This document shows, in pieces, positions 1-8,697 of a stretch of 64,000 nucleotides of DNA. Source of the DNA: Methanomassiliicoccus sp. Lineage in GTDB: Archaea > Thermoplasmatota > Thermoplasmata > Methanomassiliicoccales > Methanomassiliicoccaceae. The notes under the pieces are model-generated. The model saw only the letters and a list, made by a program, of their open reading frames with translations, was not told the origin of the DNA and made no database searches. Position 1 is the first letter of the stretch; each line of letters begins with the position of its first letter. The stretch covers positions 17,199 to 81,198 of the forward strand of contig JADFDJ010000010.1 of NCBI GenBank assembly GCA_018262895.1. The letters run 5' to 3'. The translations under genes were made by a program, and so were the position numbers.

Positions 1-177
1 GCGCTCATGGGAGGTTACATCGCCCAATACCTCGGCTACATGGTAGTGTTCGTGGCCGCATCATGCATCCTGGTGGTGAGCCTGGGTGTGCTTAGCCGCA
101 TCGATGCCGACAACGGGTACTCTGAAGAGCATGCTCCCAAGATACCTGAGCAGGAGCATGGAAGCCCCGCCTCCTGA
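1..177 (+). CDS. C-terminal fragment of a membrane protein, probably MFS transporter (runs off window)
   Basis: Frame 1 reads ALMGGYIAQYLGYMVVFVAASCILVVSLGVL...PAS-TGA; the GGxIAxxxGY plus final TM pattern resembles MFS helices 11-12. Not in the ORF track. Confidence 0.6.
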   Translation, partial: ALMGGYIAQYLGYMVVFVAASCILVVSLGVLSRIDADNGYSEEHAPKIPEQEHGSPAS

Positions 178-272
178 TCGGGGGGGGGTCCTTTTGGTTG
201 AGCGATACTTGCTGCGACCGAAGAATGTGGCTGGTGGAGAACACCCATCTTAGTGTATTTAGGAGGCTAAGA

Positions 273-1742
273 TCAGTTCCCCTTCTTGTGGGTGGCATAG
301 TAGCCACCTACGACCATGAGGCCGAAGATGGAGCCCCATGCGACGGTCGCAGCCGCTAGGTCCAAGGGCCTCTCCACCGGGGCTTGCGGAAGTCCGATGG
401 TCGAGACCAGGGTGATTATGCCCGCCTCCGCTCCCCTGTATGTCCCCTCAAGGTAGAGGAAGCGGTCGCCCGACCCTGCGGCAACACCTTCCAACCATAG
501 CTTGTTGGGTGCAGCGTAAGTACCCATAACGCTTCCGTTGACGAGGTTCAGGGCAACGATACTGCCGATCTCGTTGGAGTCTATTGGGAACATGTACATG
601 GTCGACTCGGTCACGAGGGCGTTGGAGTAGTAGGTCTCGTTAGTGCTGAGCGAGTGGCTCCAGAGGATATCTCCCTCAGGAGAGAGGGCCAGGGCCCGAG
701 AGGGGACGAGGGAGTTCTCACGGTCGATGCTGCCGTTGGCATCGGCGCCATAGCCGTTGGTGTTAAGGCAGTAGATCGTCCCATTGGACGATATGCTTGA
801 GAGCATCACGTCGCAGTTGTAGAGGACGCTGTGCTCCTCAAAAAGCGAGGTCCTCATGACCACAGTGCCGTTGGCGGCCATGCACCAGATCTCCTGAGGG
901 GTGGACCAGTTGCGATCGTCCGTCTCGTTGTCGAACCTGGCCACGGGCATGAACAGCTCGCCATCATTGCCCACAAGGGAGGGTGAGCCGATGCATGCTC
1001 CCTCCTCCTGCAGGTCGCGCGTCCAAGCCAGAGTGCCATTGGCCTCGATGCCCTGGACCACACCGTGGTAGTTGGTCACGAATATCATGGAATCGAGGAT
1101 GGGACCGACGTACACGTTGCTGATGGTGCTGACCACCTCACGGCTCCACAGCAGCGACCCATGATTATCAATGCAGCACAGGGTGCTGTTCTCGTCATTG
1201 GGGTTTACGCGGTTGTAGACGGGCACCAGCACGTTCCCGCTCGGATGGACCACGGGCTCTCCAAGAACAAGCTCCCAGTGCCCTGGGAACTCCTGGGACA
1301 TGTTGAAGCGCCAACTGATGGCTCCGGTAGTGGAGAACCGGATGAGCTCAGAATCGTAGCTGTCCACCGACCGGGTGGATATGTACACTGCTCCCAAACT
1401 ATCGACCACGGGATCGGTGCACAGGCCGTCGATGGGGACCTGCCATTTCTGAGAGCCGTCCTCGTTCAACGCACGCAATCCCACAGGCCGCTTTATGTCA
1501 TCGGGGTCGAGCTCTGATATCAGCACATATGTCGTCCCGTCAGATGCGAGGACGGGTTCACCGTAGAAGAGGTCATCGATCTTCCATTGGATCCCCGATA
1601 GGTCTCCATCCATCGCATAGGAATGGCTTTGCCCATCCGAGGATCCGAGGCTCGCAAGCTCGTTTGCCTGGACCATGCCCGGAATAAAGAAAAGTAAGGC
1701 CACGAATAGGATGGACAGTAGTCCCCGTGAACCTTGTTCCAA
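273..1742 (-). CDS. Secreted PQQ-like (BamB-type) beta-propeller protein with C-terminal membrane anchor
   Basis: N-terminal hydrophobic signal; repeated (D/N)GxxxW blades (DGSQKW, TGAISW, HGSLLW, NGTLAW, EGDILW); C-terminal TM helix plus basic tail HKKGN; TTG start. Confidence 0.75.
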   Translation of the reverse strand: MEQGSRGLLSILFVALLFFIPGMVQANELASLGSSDGQSHSYAMDGDLSGIQWKIDDLFYGEPVLASDGTTYVLISELDPDDIKRPVGLRALNEDGSQKWQVPIDGLCTDPVVDSLGAVYISTRSVDSYDSELIRFSTTGAISWRFNMSQEFPGHWELVLGEPVVHPSGNVLVPVYNRVNPNDENSTLCCIDNHGSLLWSREVVSTISNVYVGPILDSMIFVTNYHGVVQGIEANGTLAWTRDLQEEGACIGSPSLVGNDGELFMPVARFDNETDDRNWSTPQEIWCMAANGTVVMRTSLFEEHSVLYNCDVMLSSISSNGTIYCLNTNGYGADANGSIDRENSLVPSRALALSPEGDILWSHSLSTNETYYSNALVTESTMYMFPIDSNEIGSIVALNLVNGSVMGTYAAPNKLWLEGVAAGSGDRFLYLEGTYRGAEAGIITLVSTIGLPQAPVERPLDLAAATVAWGSIFGLMVVGGYYATHKKGN

Positions 1743-1981
1743 CGTTCTCCCCTGGGCTCAGGAGTCCGGTAAACCATTTATTAACTATCCGTCCTAATAG
1801 TCAAAATTGATATTGAGAATCGGGCGAAAAACAATGCTGGCCAGCGCTAGTGAGGGGGCGTTCATCAACAATGCCGATTGGTTACTATTCACCTAGGGGT
1901 AGAACAACAAGGCCATGCTGATGAACGGCTATTTCGTACAGGTGGTGGCCGTTATGCTCCAGGAGAGCTAGAGGGGATGTA

Positions 1982-2509
1982 TTGGATGAACTCTTTTTTT
2001 TATCCAACCCAACAGGAGGCATGAGGAGGCAGCCTTTGCTTATGTAAGGGAACATCTTGACGATGGAGAGCGGGGGATTCATGACAGTTCTCTGCTGGAT
2101 AATGCCAATAGTTACGAGGCCTGGTTGGACCTTTTGAAAAAGGATTCGGATCCGATGACCGTCGCACCTGACTGGGTGACCGCGACCGCGTTCTTCGCGG
2201 TCCACGAGAGGGATGAGCTCATCATCGGCATGGTCTCGATAAGACAAGTACTGAACATTTTTCTACGGGACGTCGACGATATCATCGGCTTCGGGGTAAG
2301 GCCATCGGAACGCGGAAAAGGGCATAGTTCTCAGATGCTCAGTATAGCCTTGGACCATTGTAGGGATATTGGGCTGGACCGGGTCATGCTGGCCTGCCTC
2401 AAGGAGAACGAGGCGCCCAGAAGGACCATCATCGGTCGCGGGGGCGGCCTGGACGTGAAATTATCTGGGAGAGGAGGATCGTACAGAAATACTGGAAATT
2501 ATTATGATG
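1982..2509 (+). pseudogene. GNAT acetyltransferase pseudogene with two frameshifts
   Basis: GNAT motif GFGVRPSERGKGHSSQML in ORF 2125-2550. Homology-like frame extends upstream to IQPNRRHEEAAFAY but is out of frame with the TTG at 1982 across a T8 run (1994-2001). The plausible C-terminus REIIWERRIVQKYWKLL lies in another frame after ~2452. Confidence 0.65.
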
Positions 2510-2584
2510 GTTCCCATCCACCAGGGGTTAGGCCCAGAGATGGTACATAATGCAATTGGCTTGGGTGGAAGAGCTCTTTCTGCT

Positions 2585-2689
2585 CTTGATGCTTTCATCT
2601 AATGTGGTCCTCTTTGACCGGCATAGGGAACGGCATCATAGGGGCCATTCAGGGCTTGATGCTTTCATCTAATGTGGTCCTCTTTGACC
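2585..2689. repeat. Two identical 35-bp direct repeats separated by a 35-bp unique spacer
   Basis: CTTGATGCTTTCATCTAATGTGGTCCTCTTTGACC at 2585-2619 and 2655-2689. Confidence 0.95.
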
Positions 2690-2756
2690 TCTTCATTGCG
2701 GGGAAAGCATCCTCTTGGCATACTCATTCCTATGGGCCTATCGTCGTATTCATTGC

Positions 2757-3890
2757 TTAGCGCCGGTCAAAGTGGTTGCTCACATATTCCAGCATTTCCC
2801 TACCAATAAGCTCCACGGAGGATGCCCCCGACCTCACATAGAACTCCTCCTTCGGTCCGTTTTTCAGGAAGGTTGGAGAATGGGCCTTGAGGCATCTCAC
2901 CTCCAGAACAACCTTCTCGCCTGATTTGGTTAGGCGGCTTTCAACGTAGGGAAGGATCTCCTTACCTAGAGCCTCACCGATGAGGTTTGTGAAGTGAAGG
3001 TAGAACTTGTCGATGCTATCAAAATGCTGGGCATCGACCCCTAGGACCGAGCCGTCATCCTTTACTCCGACCAGAAGGTTGCCCCCATCGGAGTTGAGGA
3101 AGGCGGCGAGGGTCTTCAGCACCGCATGTTCCATCCTCTTGTCAGGCTCTCCTGTCTTCATATTGGTCCTCAAAGAAGACTTGAACTCCAGCCTCTCCCC
3201 CTCCCCCTTCGATATGAGAACTCGCAGCTGCTCTCCACTATCCTGTCTGGACAAATGCTGCAGGGTACTGGCAGGAGCACTCCTCATAAATCGATGGAAA
3301 AGGGAAGGCCGTGGATTCTCCATATAGGCCAGGGCAGACAGCGCCACAGCTCCGGCTCCCACCGCCGTGGCCATAAGGTCGGTCATGGTCTCGTTCGAAC
3401 CACTCTGCAGGCTCCACGGGAAAAAGAAATCGAGAACGAACTCCAGGATCTCCCAGAGGGCTCCAAGAGCAAGTCCGGTGACGAAGGCGAAGATGGCCAA
3501 TAAGATAGGTGCGATGTTGCCCGCCTCCATCTCTCCACGGAGCAGGGCATAGACGATAAGGAAACCGATCCCTCCGACCATTGCGCCCGCAACCAGCTGA
3601 GATATTGCGGTCCACAAGCCCCCCAGCCCCAGGATGGCGAACAGTGATCCGCTCACCAAGGAGACGTACGCCAACGTGAGCACGAATAGGTTGTAGATCG
3701 TGGGAAACTCTCAGCGGGTGCGGCCAGCAACCATTCGGGGGAGAAGCAGCATGAACCCTGCCAGGCAGCTTAACACAAAAACCATAAGATCGTTCATCAC
3801 CGCAGCCAATAGCGCGGCGAGAGCGGTCGCGATTAGCACCACCACACTGACTGCTCTTTTTACACCCTGATCCGGATCCCTATCGTTCAC
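2757..3890 (-). pseudogene. Multi-TM membrane protein fused to a Schlafen/AlbA_2 domain, interrupted by an in-frame TGA at 3711-3713
   Basis: ORFs 3711-3938 and 2757-3683 are in the same frame (…AGRTR*EFPTIYNLFVLTLAY…). C-terminal AlbA_2 motifs EGERLEFK, AFLNSDGGNLLVGVKDDG, FYVRSGASS; TM region with GALWEILEF…ETMTDL. Confidence 0.7.
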
Positions 3891-4310
3891 GGATAGAGAA
3901 CCGTCAATTGGTTTATGCAGATATCTGAGGGCTTTCAATAAAAATCGAGGCGGGTTCGTACCATTATTCTCAGTTTTTTAAGCATTGATCTACTTCTCAT
4001 TTGATAAAATGAGCTGAAGGCCCCTCCAGAACCTCATAACGACCTTTTTTTTTCTCAACTCAGCATAATGGGACACAAGGGGATCGAGGTCCATCGGAAT
4101 TAATGGAAAATAAGGGCAGGAGGGGACTTGGACCCATGATTCTCTTGGGTTGAGGGCATCAACAGGCTGGCTTCATCGAATATTCCACACCGGGGATGCA
4201 AGGCGCGAACAGATCGCTAAACTAAGCGGCCGGAAAGCGGGCTAAATAAGTGGCATGTTGAAAAAAATTATTAGTGGCCATGGCAGATTTTCGATGACTA
4301 AATGAGGGAG

Positions 4311-5042
4311 CTAACCGGTTGCCCCTCGCCCGAGGTTGAACTTGCTGATGACGGTCTTGCCATCACGTAAGACCTCTTGCAACTGAGTGACCATGAGGTC
4401 CGCATCCTCGATCGGTATATCGTTCAAGGAACATATCACCTTGAGGATGGACCTAAGTGCGACCTCAAAGCCGCGCGGCTGGCCATGATGGCACTCGGAT
4501 ATTAGGGCACCGAGGCACCCCCAGATCAGGATGTTGTTGAGCCTGTAGCTCTCCTTCTCCTCGTCCGAGCTGAAGCCGTTCAGGCGGCTCTCCATCCAAT
4601 CCATCGATCGATCCACCAAACCGTTCATGACCTTCCAGGAGGAGTGCGCCTCGAACAATAGCTCCGAGGCCTGAGGCTCCTCGTACGCAGCATATAGCTC
4701 CAGAGCTGCGGGATAGCCGACTGTGATGATGATTTCCTTCTTGCCCTTGAGGTGCTTCTCCGCTTCCTCCAGCGCCTCGGTGTAGATGCTTATCATCACG
4801 CCCTCTAGGATATCCTCCTTGGTAGGAAAGAGGTGGAACAGGCTACCGTTCAGAATGCCCGCGGCCTCCGCTATCTGGCGGGTCGTGGTCTTATCGTAAC
4901 CTCTAACTGCGAAGAGCTTCTTTGATGCGCTGATCACCTTCTCGGTGGTCTCGTACCTGCGCTGCTCGTTGAGACCGATGAGGCCCCCCTTTCTTTTCTC
5001 CTCGCGAACTTTGGTCACGATCGACTTGATCTTTTTTCCCAT
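4311..5042 (-). CDS. TetR/AcrR family transcriptional regulator
   Basis: HTH signature ASKKLFAVRGYDKTTTRQIAEAAGILNGSLFHLFPTKEDIL; divergent from the MMPL gene. Confidence 0.9.
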   Translation of the reverse strand: MGKKIKSIVTKVREEKRKGGLIGLNEQRRYETTEKVISASKKLFAVRGYDKTTTRQIAEAAGILNGSLFHLFPTKEDILEGVMISIYTEALEEAEKHLKGKKEIIITVGYPAALELYAAYEEPQASELLFEAHSSWKVMNGLVDRSMDWMESRLNGFSSDEEKESYRLNNILIWGCLGALISECHHGQPRGFEVALRSILKVICSLNDIPIEDADLMVTQLQEVLRDGKTVISKFNLGRGATG

Positions 5043-5123
5043 AGCCAATTGCTCTCCATACCAAGACGAGTATATTCAACCCGTGGTTGGACGCTTCTAC
5101 GATTAGAGATAGCACTTCAAATA

Positions 5124-5170
5124 TTTGAGCATACTCTAAGTTTGAGCTTACTCAAGAAAATATATATACG
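5124..5170 (+). promoter_or_regulatory. Tandem semi-palindromic operators immediately upstream of the BRE/TATA of the MMPL gene
   Basis: TTTGAGCATACTCTAAG (5124-5140) and TTTGAGCTTACTCAAG (5141-5156; TTGAG-N4-CTCAA palindrome), followed by GAAAATATATATA. Confidence 0.6.
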
Positions 5171-5209
5171 GGCTCGTAGGTCACCCCCTTCTAGACTCCA
5201 GGTGTTAGA

Positions 5210-8161
5210 ATGTTGGATAGGTTGGCTAATGCGATCATCAAGCACTCTAAGGCCATCGTAGCCATCTGGATAATAGTCCTTTTAGTATCCATTCCAGCGC
5301 TGATGCAGGTCACCAGCGTCGTGAACTACCAGATCACTGAAGGGGCGTCGGTCGACTACGAGTCCTTGCAAGCAGAAGACCTCATTGATAAGAACTTCAA
5401 TACCTCCGTTGCCAATGGCACGATAGTAGTCGTGCTCCAGTCGGACAATGTGACGAGCGCAGAGCTACATGATTTCGTAATCGAGCTCGAGGAGCGCGTA
5501 AGGGGCTCCTCTTACCTTACATATCTGGACAATGTCACCTCCGTCTACTCTGTCTCGGAAATGGTCGTAGCAGCTTATGTTGAGCAGCTGGGCCCGAGCA
5601 TGTATAAGGCGGAGGAACAGGTCAACACCAGCGCGTTCCTGCTCTACGGCATACCGTACATCTATGAGCAGAACTGGGTGTATGTCCATGCGGCTCACCC
5701 CAGCCTCACCGTGGCCCAGACCGACGCGGCGACTTTCACGGCTGCCAGCGACTATCTGGACCAGTACCTGGCCTCGGCCGATGCGTCCACCAAGGCCATG
5801 GCCTACAGCTACTTCTACGGGTTCACGGACGTGTGGAACGCCACCGCGGCCTCCCCGACATTGACCGCAGACCCTATGGCGCGCGGCAACTACTCCATAA
5901 ACACCGTCGCACCGGTCTTCATCTCCCAGCTTCCGTCCGAGTACCAATCGGTCATGACCGCTGTGCTAGGTACGTTCAACACCGCCATGTTCTCGAACCA
6001 GACGGTGGTGGGGGCGACCGTTCACGGGTTCGCCCTGGATTTGGTCGGTCAGATGGCCGGTGTCGCCAACATGACCTTCCTCCAGGAGATCTATGACCTG
6101 GGGCCGAGCTACGACTCAACCTCCGTTGACGCCTACGCTCACTCTGTCGTTAACAATGGCACCCTGGACACATATCCCGTCCAGGTCCCGGCCATCTACC
6201 TCTCCAGACTGGTGGCGTCCAACAACCATACGATGCTTTTCATGATCACGTTCACGGTCGACGCATCCTACACGAAGGACGATGGGGACAAGCCACTGTT
6301 AGATGATGTAGCAACAATCCGTAGCATCATCTCCGACATCAAGGCGGAAAAGGGCATATCTATCACCTCCTACGTCACTGGTGATGCGGCCATCTCTGCC
6401 GACATGGAGTCCGGCTCAAAGAGCGACCTGGCCATAATCGAGCCGCTGACCATCATAATCATCATTGTCCTGATGGGCATACTGTTCCGCTCCGTTGTGG
6501 CGCAGTTCCTTCCGTTAGGCGCTGTAGGCGTGGCACTGGGTATAAGCGAGGCGGTGGTGTTCCTGATCGGCACGTTCGTCTCCAACGTACTGTACTTCGT
6601 GCTAACTCTCCTGATCGTGGTCCTTCTAGGTGTGGGTACCGACTACTCCATATTCCTTATGACCCGGTTCAAGGAGGAGCGGATCAAGGGAGCTACCATA
6701 GAGGAGGCGACTCGCACTACGGTTAGCTGGGCAGGTGAGTCCATCATCACATCGGGGGCGACGGTCATAATCGCGTTCCTGGCGATGTCGACCGCCTCTT
6801 ATGCCATGGTGCAGACGATGGGGCTCATACTTGGAGTATCAATCGTCATAGCGCTGTTAGTGGCACTGACCCTCGTGCCCTCCCTGCTCATGCTCTTCGG
6901 CGACCATATCTTCTGGCCTAACACCGGCAACCGGTGGAAGAGGTATTGCGATAAGGTCAACCAGAAGAAGGCGGCGGGCAAGCGCGGTTACTTCCACAAG
7001 GCGGCAACGTTCGCAGCGGAGCATGCGGGTGTCGTCATGGCAGCAGCGATCATCGTTTCGATACCGGCCGTCTATGTCTATGCGACCGCCACGACCAGCT
7101 TCGACTTCATCGGCAGCATGGGCTCGACCGAGAGCACGGATGGTCTCAACGCCATGTCCGACGACTTCGGTGCTGGCCAGATATCGCCCACCTATGTCGT
7201 TCTGGACTCGTCGGATGTAATCATCTACGACGGGAGCTCGCTGAACATGGAGTACATGGATGCGATCGAGAACCTGACGGCGACGGTTGTGTCCAGCTCA
7301 GAGGTGCAGACTGTCACCAGCCCGACAAGGCCCTATGGCGAGCTGGTGGACTATCACAACTTCACAAGCCTTTCGACCGATTTGCAGGCAAAGATCCTTT
7401 CGATGATCGGCACCGATAACCAGACGGCTCTCATAACCGTGACTCTGGTCGATGAGCCCATGAGCTCCACGTCGGTCAACCTGATACCGACCCTGAGGAC
7501 CGAGCTGCGCAACGAGGTGAGGAACGAATCCATCCTATCCGGGACGGACATCCTTGTAGGCGGTGAGAGCGCTATTGTTAGCGACATCAGCGTCGATATG
7601 AACCACCAGTTCACGTACATTGAGGTCCTGGTCGTCATCGGCATCTTCATCGTGCTGATGATCGTCCTAGGCTCCCTGCTGCTGCCAGCTTTCGCGATCT
7701 TTTCGATAGCCATGAGCATCGCGTGGTCCTTCGCCGCCACCTACCTTGTCTTCGGCGTGTGGCTGGACGCACCTCTTCTGTTCCTTGTGCCCCTGATCCT
7801 GTTCGTCATGCTCATGGGCATAGGGATGGACTACAACGTGTTCATCCTGACCAGGGTTCGTGAAGAGTCTCACAAGGGCAAGGACGCCAAGCAGGCCGTC
7901 GTGGACGCTGTGGAGGCTACCGGTGGCATCATTACCGCGCTCGCGCTCATAATGGGCGGAGCTTTCGGCTCCCTGATGTTCTCCGGGAACACCATGCTCC
8001 AGGAGTTCGGGTTCGCCCTTGCCTTCGCCGTTCTATGCGACGCCATGATCGTAAGGACATACGTTGTGCCTGCGGCCATGGCGCTGATGGGAGAGAAGGC
8101 CTGGTGGGCCCCTAGCAAGCTGCAACCCGTGAGCAGACGGGAGAAGCTGGAGAAAAAGTGA
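5210..8161 (+). CDS. MMPL/RND family transporter
   Basis: Two RND repeats with GVGTDYSIFLMTRFKEE and GIGMDYNVFILTRVREE; large extracellular loops; 983 aa. Confidence 0.92.
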   Translation: MLDRLANAIIKHSKAIVAIWIIVLLVSIPALMQVTSVVNYQITEGASVDYESLQAEDLIDKNFNTSVANGTIVVVLQSDNVTSAELHDFVIELEERVRGSSYLTYLDNVTSVYSVSEMVVAAYVEQLGPSMYKAEEQVNTSAFLLYGIPYIYEQNWVYVHAAHPSLTVAQTDAATFTAASDYLDQYLASADASTKAMAYSYFYGFTDVWNATAASPTLTADPMARGNYSINTVAPVFISQLPSEYQSVMTAVLGTFNTAMFSNQTVVGATVHGFALDLVGQMAGVANMTFLQEIYDLGPSYDSTSVDAYAHSVVNNGTLDTYPVQVPAIYLSRLVASNNHTMLFMITFTVDASYTKDDGDKPLLDDVATIRSIISDIKAEKGISITSYVTGDAAISADMESGSKSDLAIIEPLTIIIIIVLMGILFRSVVAQFLPLGAVGVALGISEAVVFLIGTFVSNVLYFVLTLLIVVLLGVGTDYSIFLMTRFKEERIKGATIEEATRTTVSWAGESIITSGATVIIAFLAMSTASYAMVQTMGLILGVSIVIALLVALTLVPSLLMLFGDHIFWPNTGNRWKRYCDKVNQKKAAGKRGYFHKAATFAAEHAGVVMAAAIIVSIPAVYVYATATTSFDFIGSMGSTESTDGLNAMSDDFGAGQISPTYVVLDSSDVIIYDGSSLNMEYMDAIENLTATVVSSSEVQTVTSPTRPYGELVDYHNFTSLSTDLQAKILSMIGTDNQTALITVTLVDEPMSSTSVNLIPTLRTELRNEVRNESILSGTDILVGGESAIVSDISVDMNHQFTYIEVLVVIGIFIVLMIVLGSLLLPAFAIFSIAMSIAWSFAATYLVFGVWLDAPLLFLVPLILFVMLMGIGMDYNVFILTRVREESHKGKDAKQAVVDAVEATGGIITALALIMGGAFGSLMFSGNTMLQEFGFALAFAVLCDAMIVRTYVVPAAMALMGEKAWWAPSKLQPVSRREKLEKK

Positions 8162-8187
8162 GTAACGATGAACGGGTACACTCCCCC

Positions 8188-8227
8188 AGAAGGTGCGGCG
8201 TTAGAGGCCGCACCTTCTAATTTTTTT
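8188..8227 (+). terminator. Hairpin plus oligo-T terminator after the MMPL gene
   Basis: 12-bp stem AGAAGGTGCGGC / GCCGCACCTTCT, 7-nt loop, then AATTTTTTT. Confidence 0.75.
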
Positions 8228-8455
8228 CTTAGCGCCGATCAAGGGTGATTGAACGCCTCCTTTTATGTGTTGTAGGAAGTGAGAATTGATGGTCGATGCG
8301 TGATTCTCTTCTAACCCGCTCCATCCTCCCCTATGATTGATTCTCTCGAATCCCCCTTATCTCCCTGAAATACCTGCTGGCACCTGATGGTCCAGGGACT
8401 GTTCTGCCCTGAGCATTCATCAGATGCAACGCGTAATTCTTAGATCAAAAATAAG

Positions 8456-8539
8456 TGCAGGGGAAGGGATTTGAACCCCCGAACCACTAAGGATAAGACC
8501 CTGAATCTTACGCCGTTGGCCAAGCTTGGCTACCCCTGC
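8456..8539 (-). tRNA. tRNA-Leu (CAG)
   Basis: Reverse complement GCAGGGGTAGCCAAGCTTGGCCAACGGCG-TAAGA-TT CAG GG-TCTTA…GGTTCAAATCCCTTCCCCTGCA; long variable arm; CCA not encoded. Confidence 0.95.
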
Positions 8540-8697
8540 TTGTAGCCCTCCTTATAATGGCTTGGAATATAAATCTTATGATTCGTGGCCACCCAGGAAG
8601 GGTGCTCAAAGGGGCTTGTGAGAGACCTGCCAGATATCTCAGGAAAAAGAATGGAACGATTATATCCCCCCTCGATATTGTGTCATCCGGTGAGGGG

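Noticed and set aside
1834..1971. Short frame with two internal in-frame TAGs (possible Pyl peptide)
   Set aside because: 45 codons, no recognisable homology, lies in a decayed region; chance is sufficient.
2585..2689. Calling the repeat a bona fide CRISPR array or TIGR array
   Set aside because: Only two repeats, no leader, no cas/tas gene adjacent and no box C/D-like units; kept as a repeat and a finding.
3996..4013. Palindrome CTCATTT-GATA-AAATGAG
   Set aside because: Single 7-bp inverted repeat in an AT-rich spacer; no second copy and no link to a regulator.
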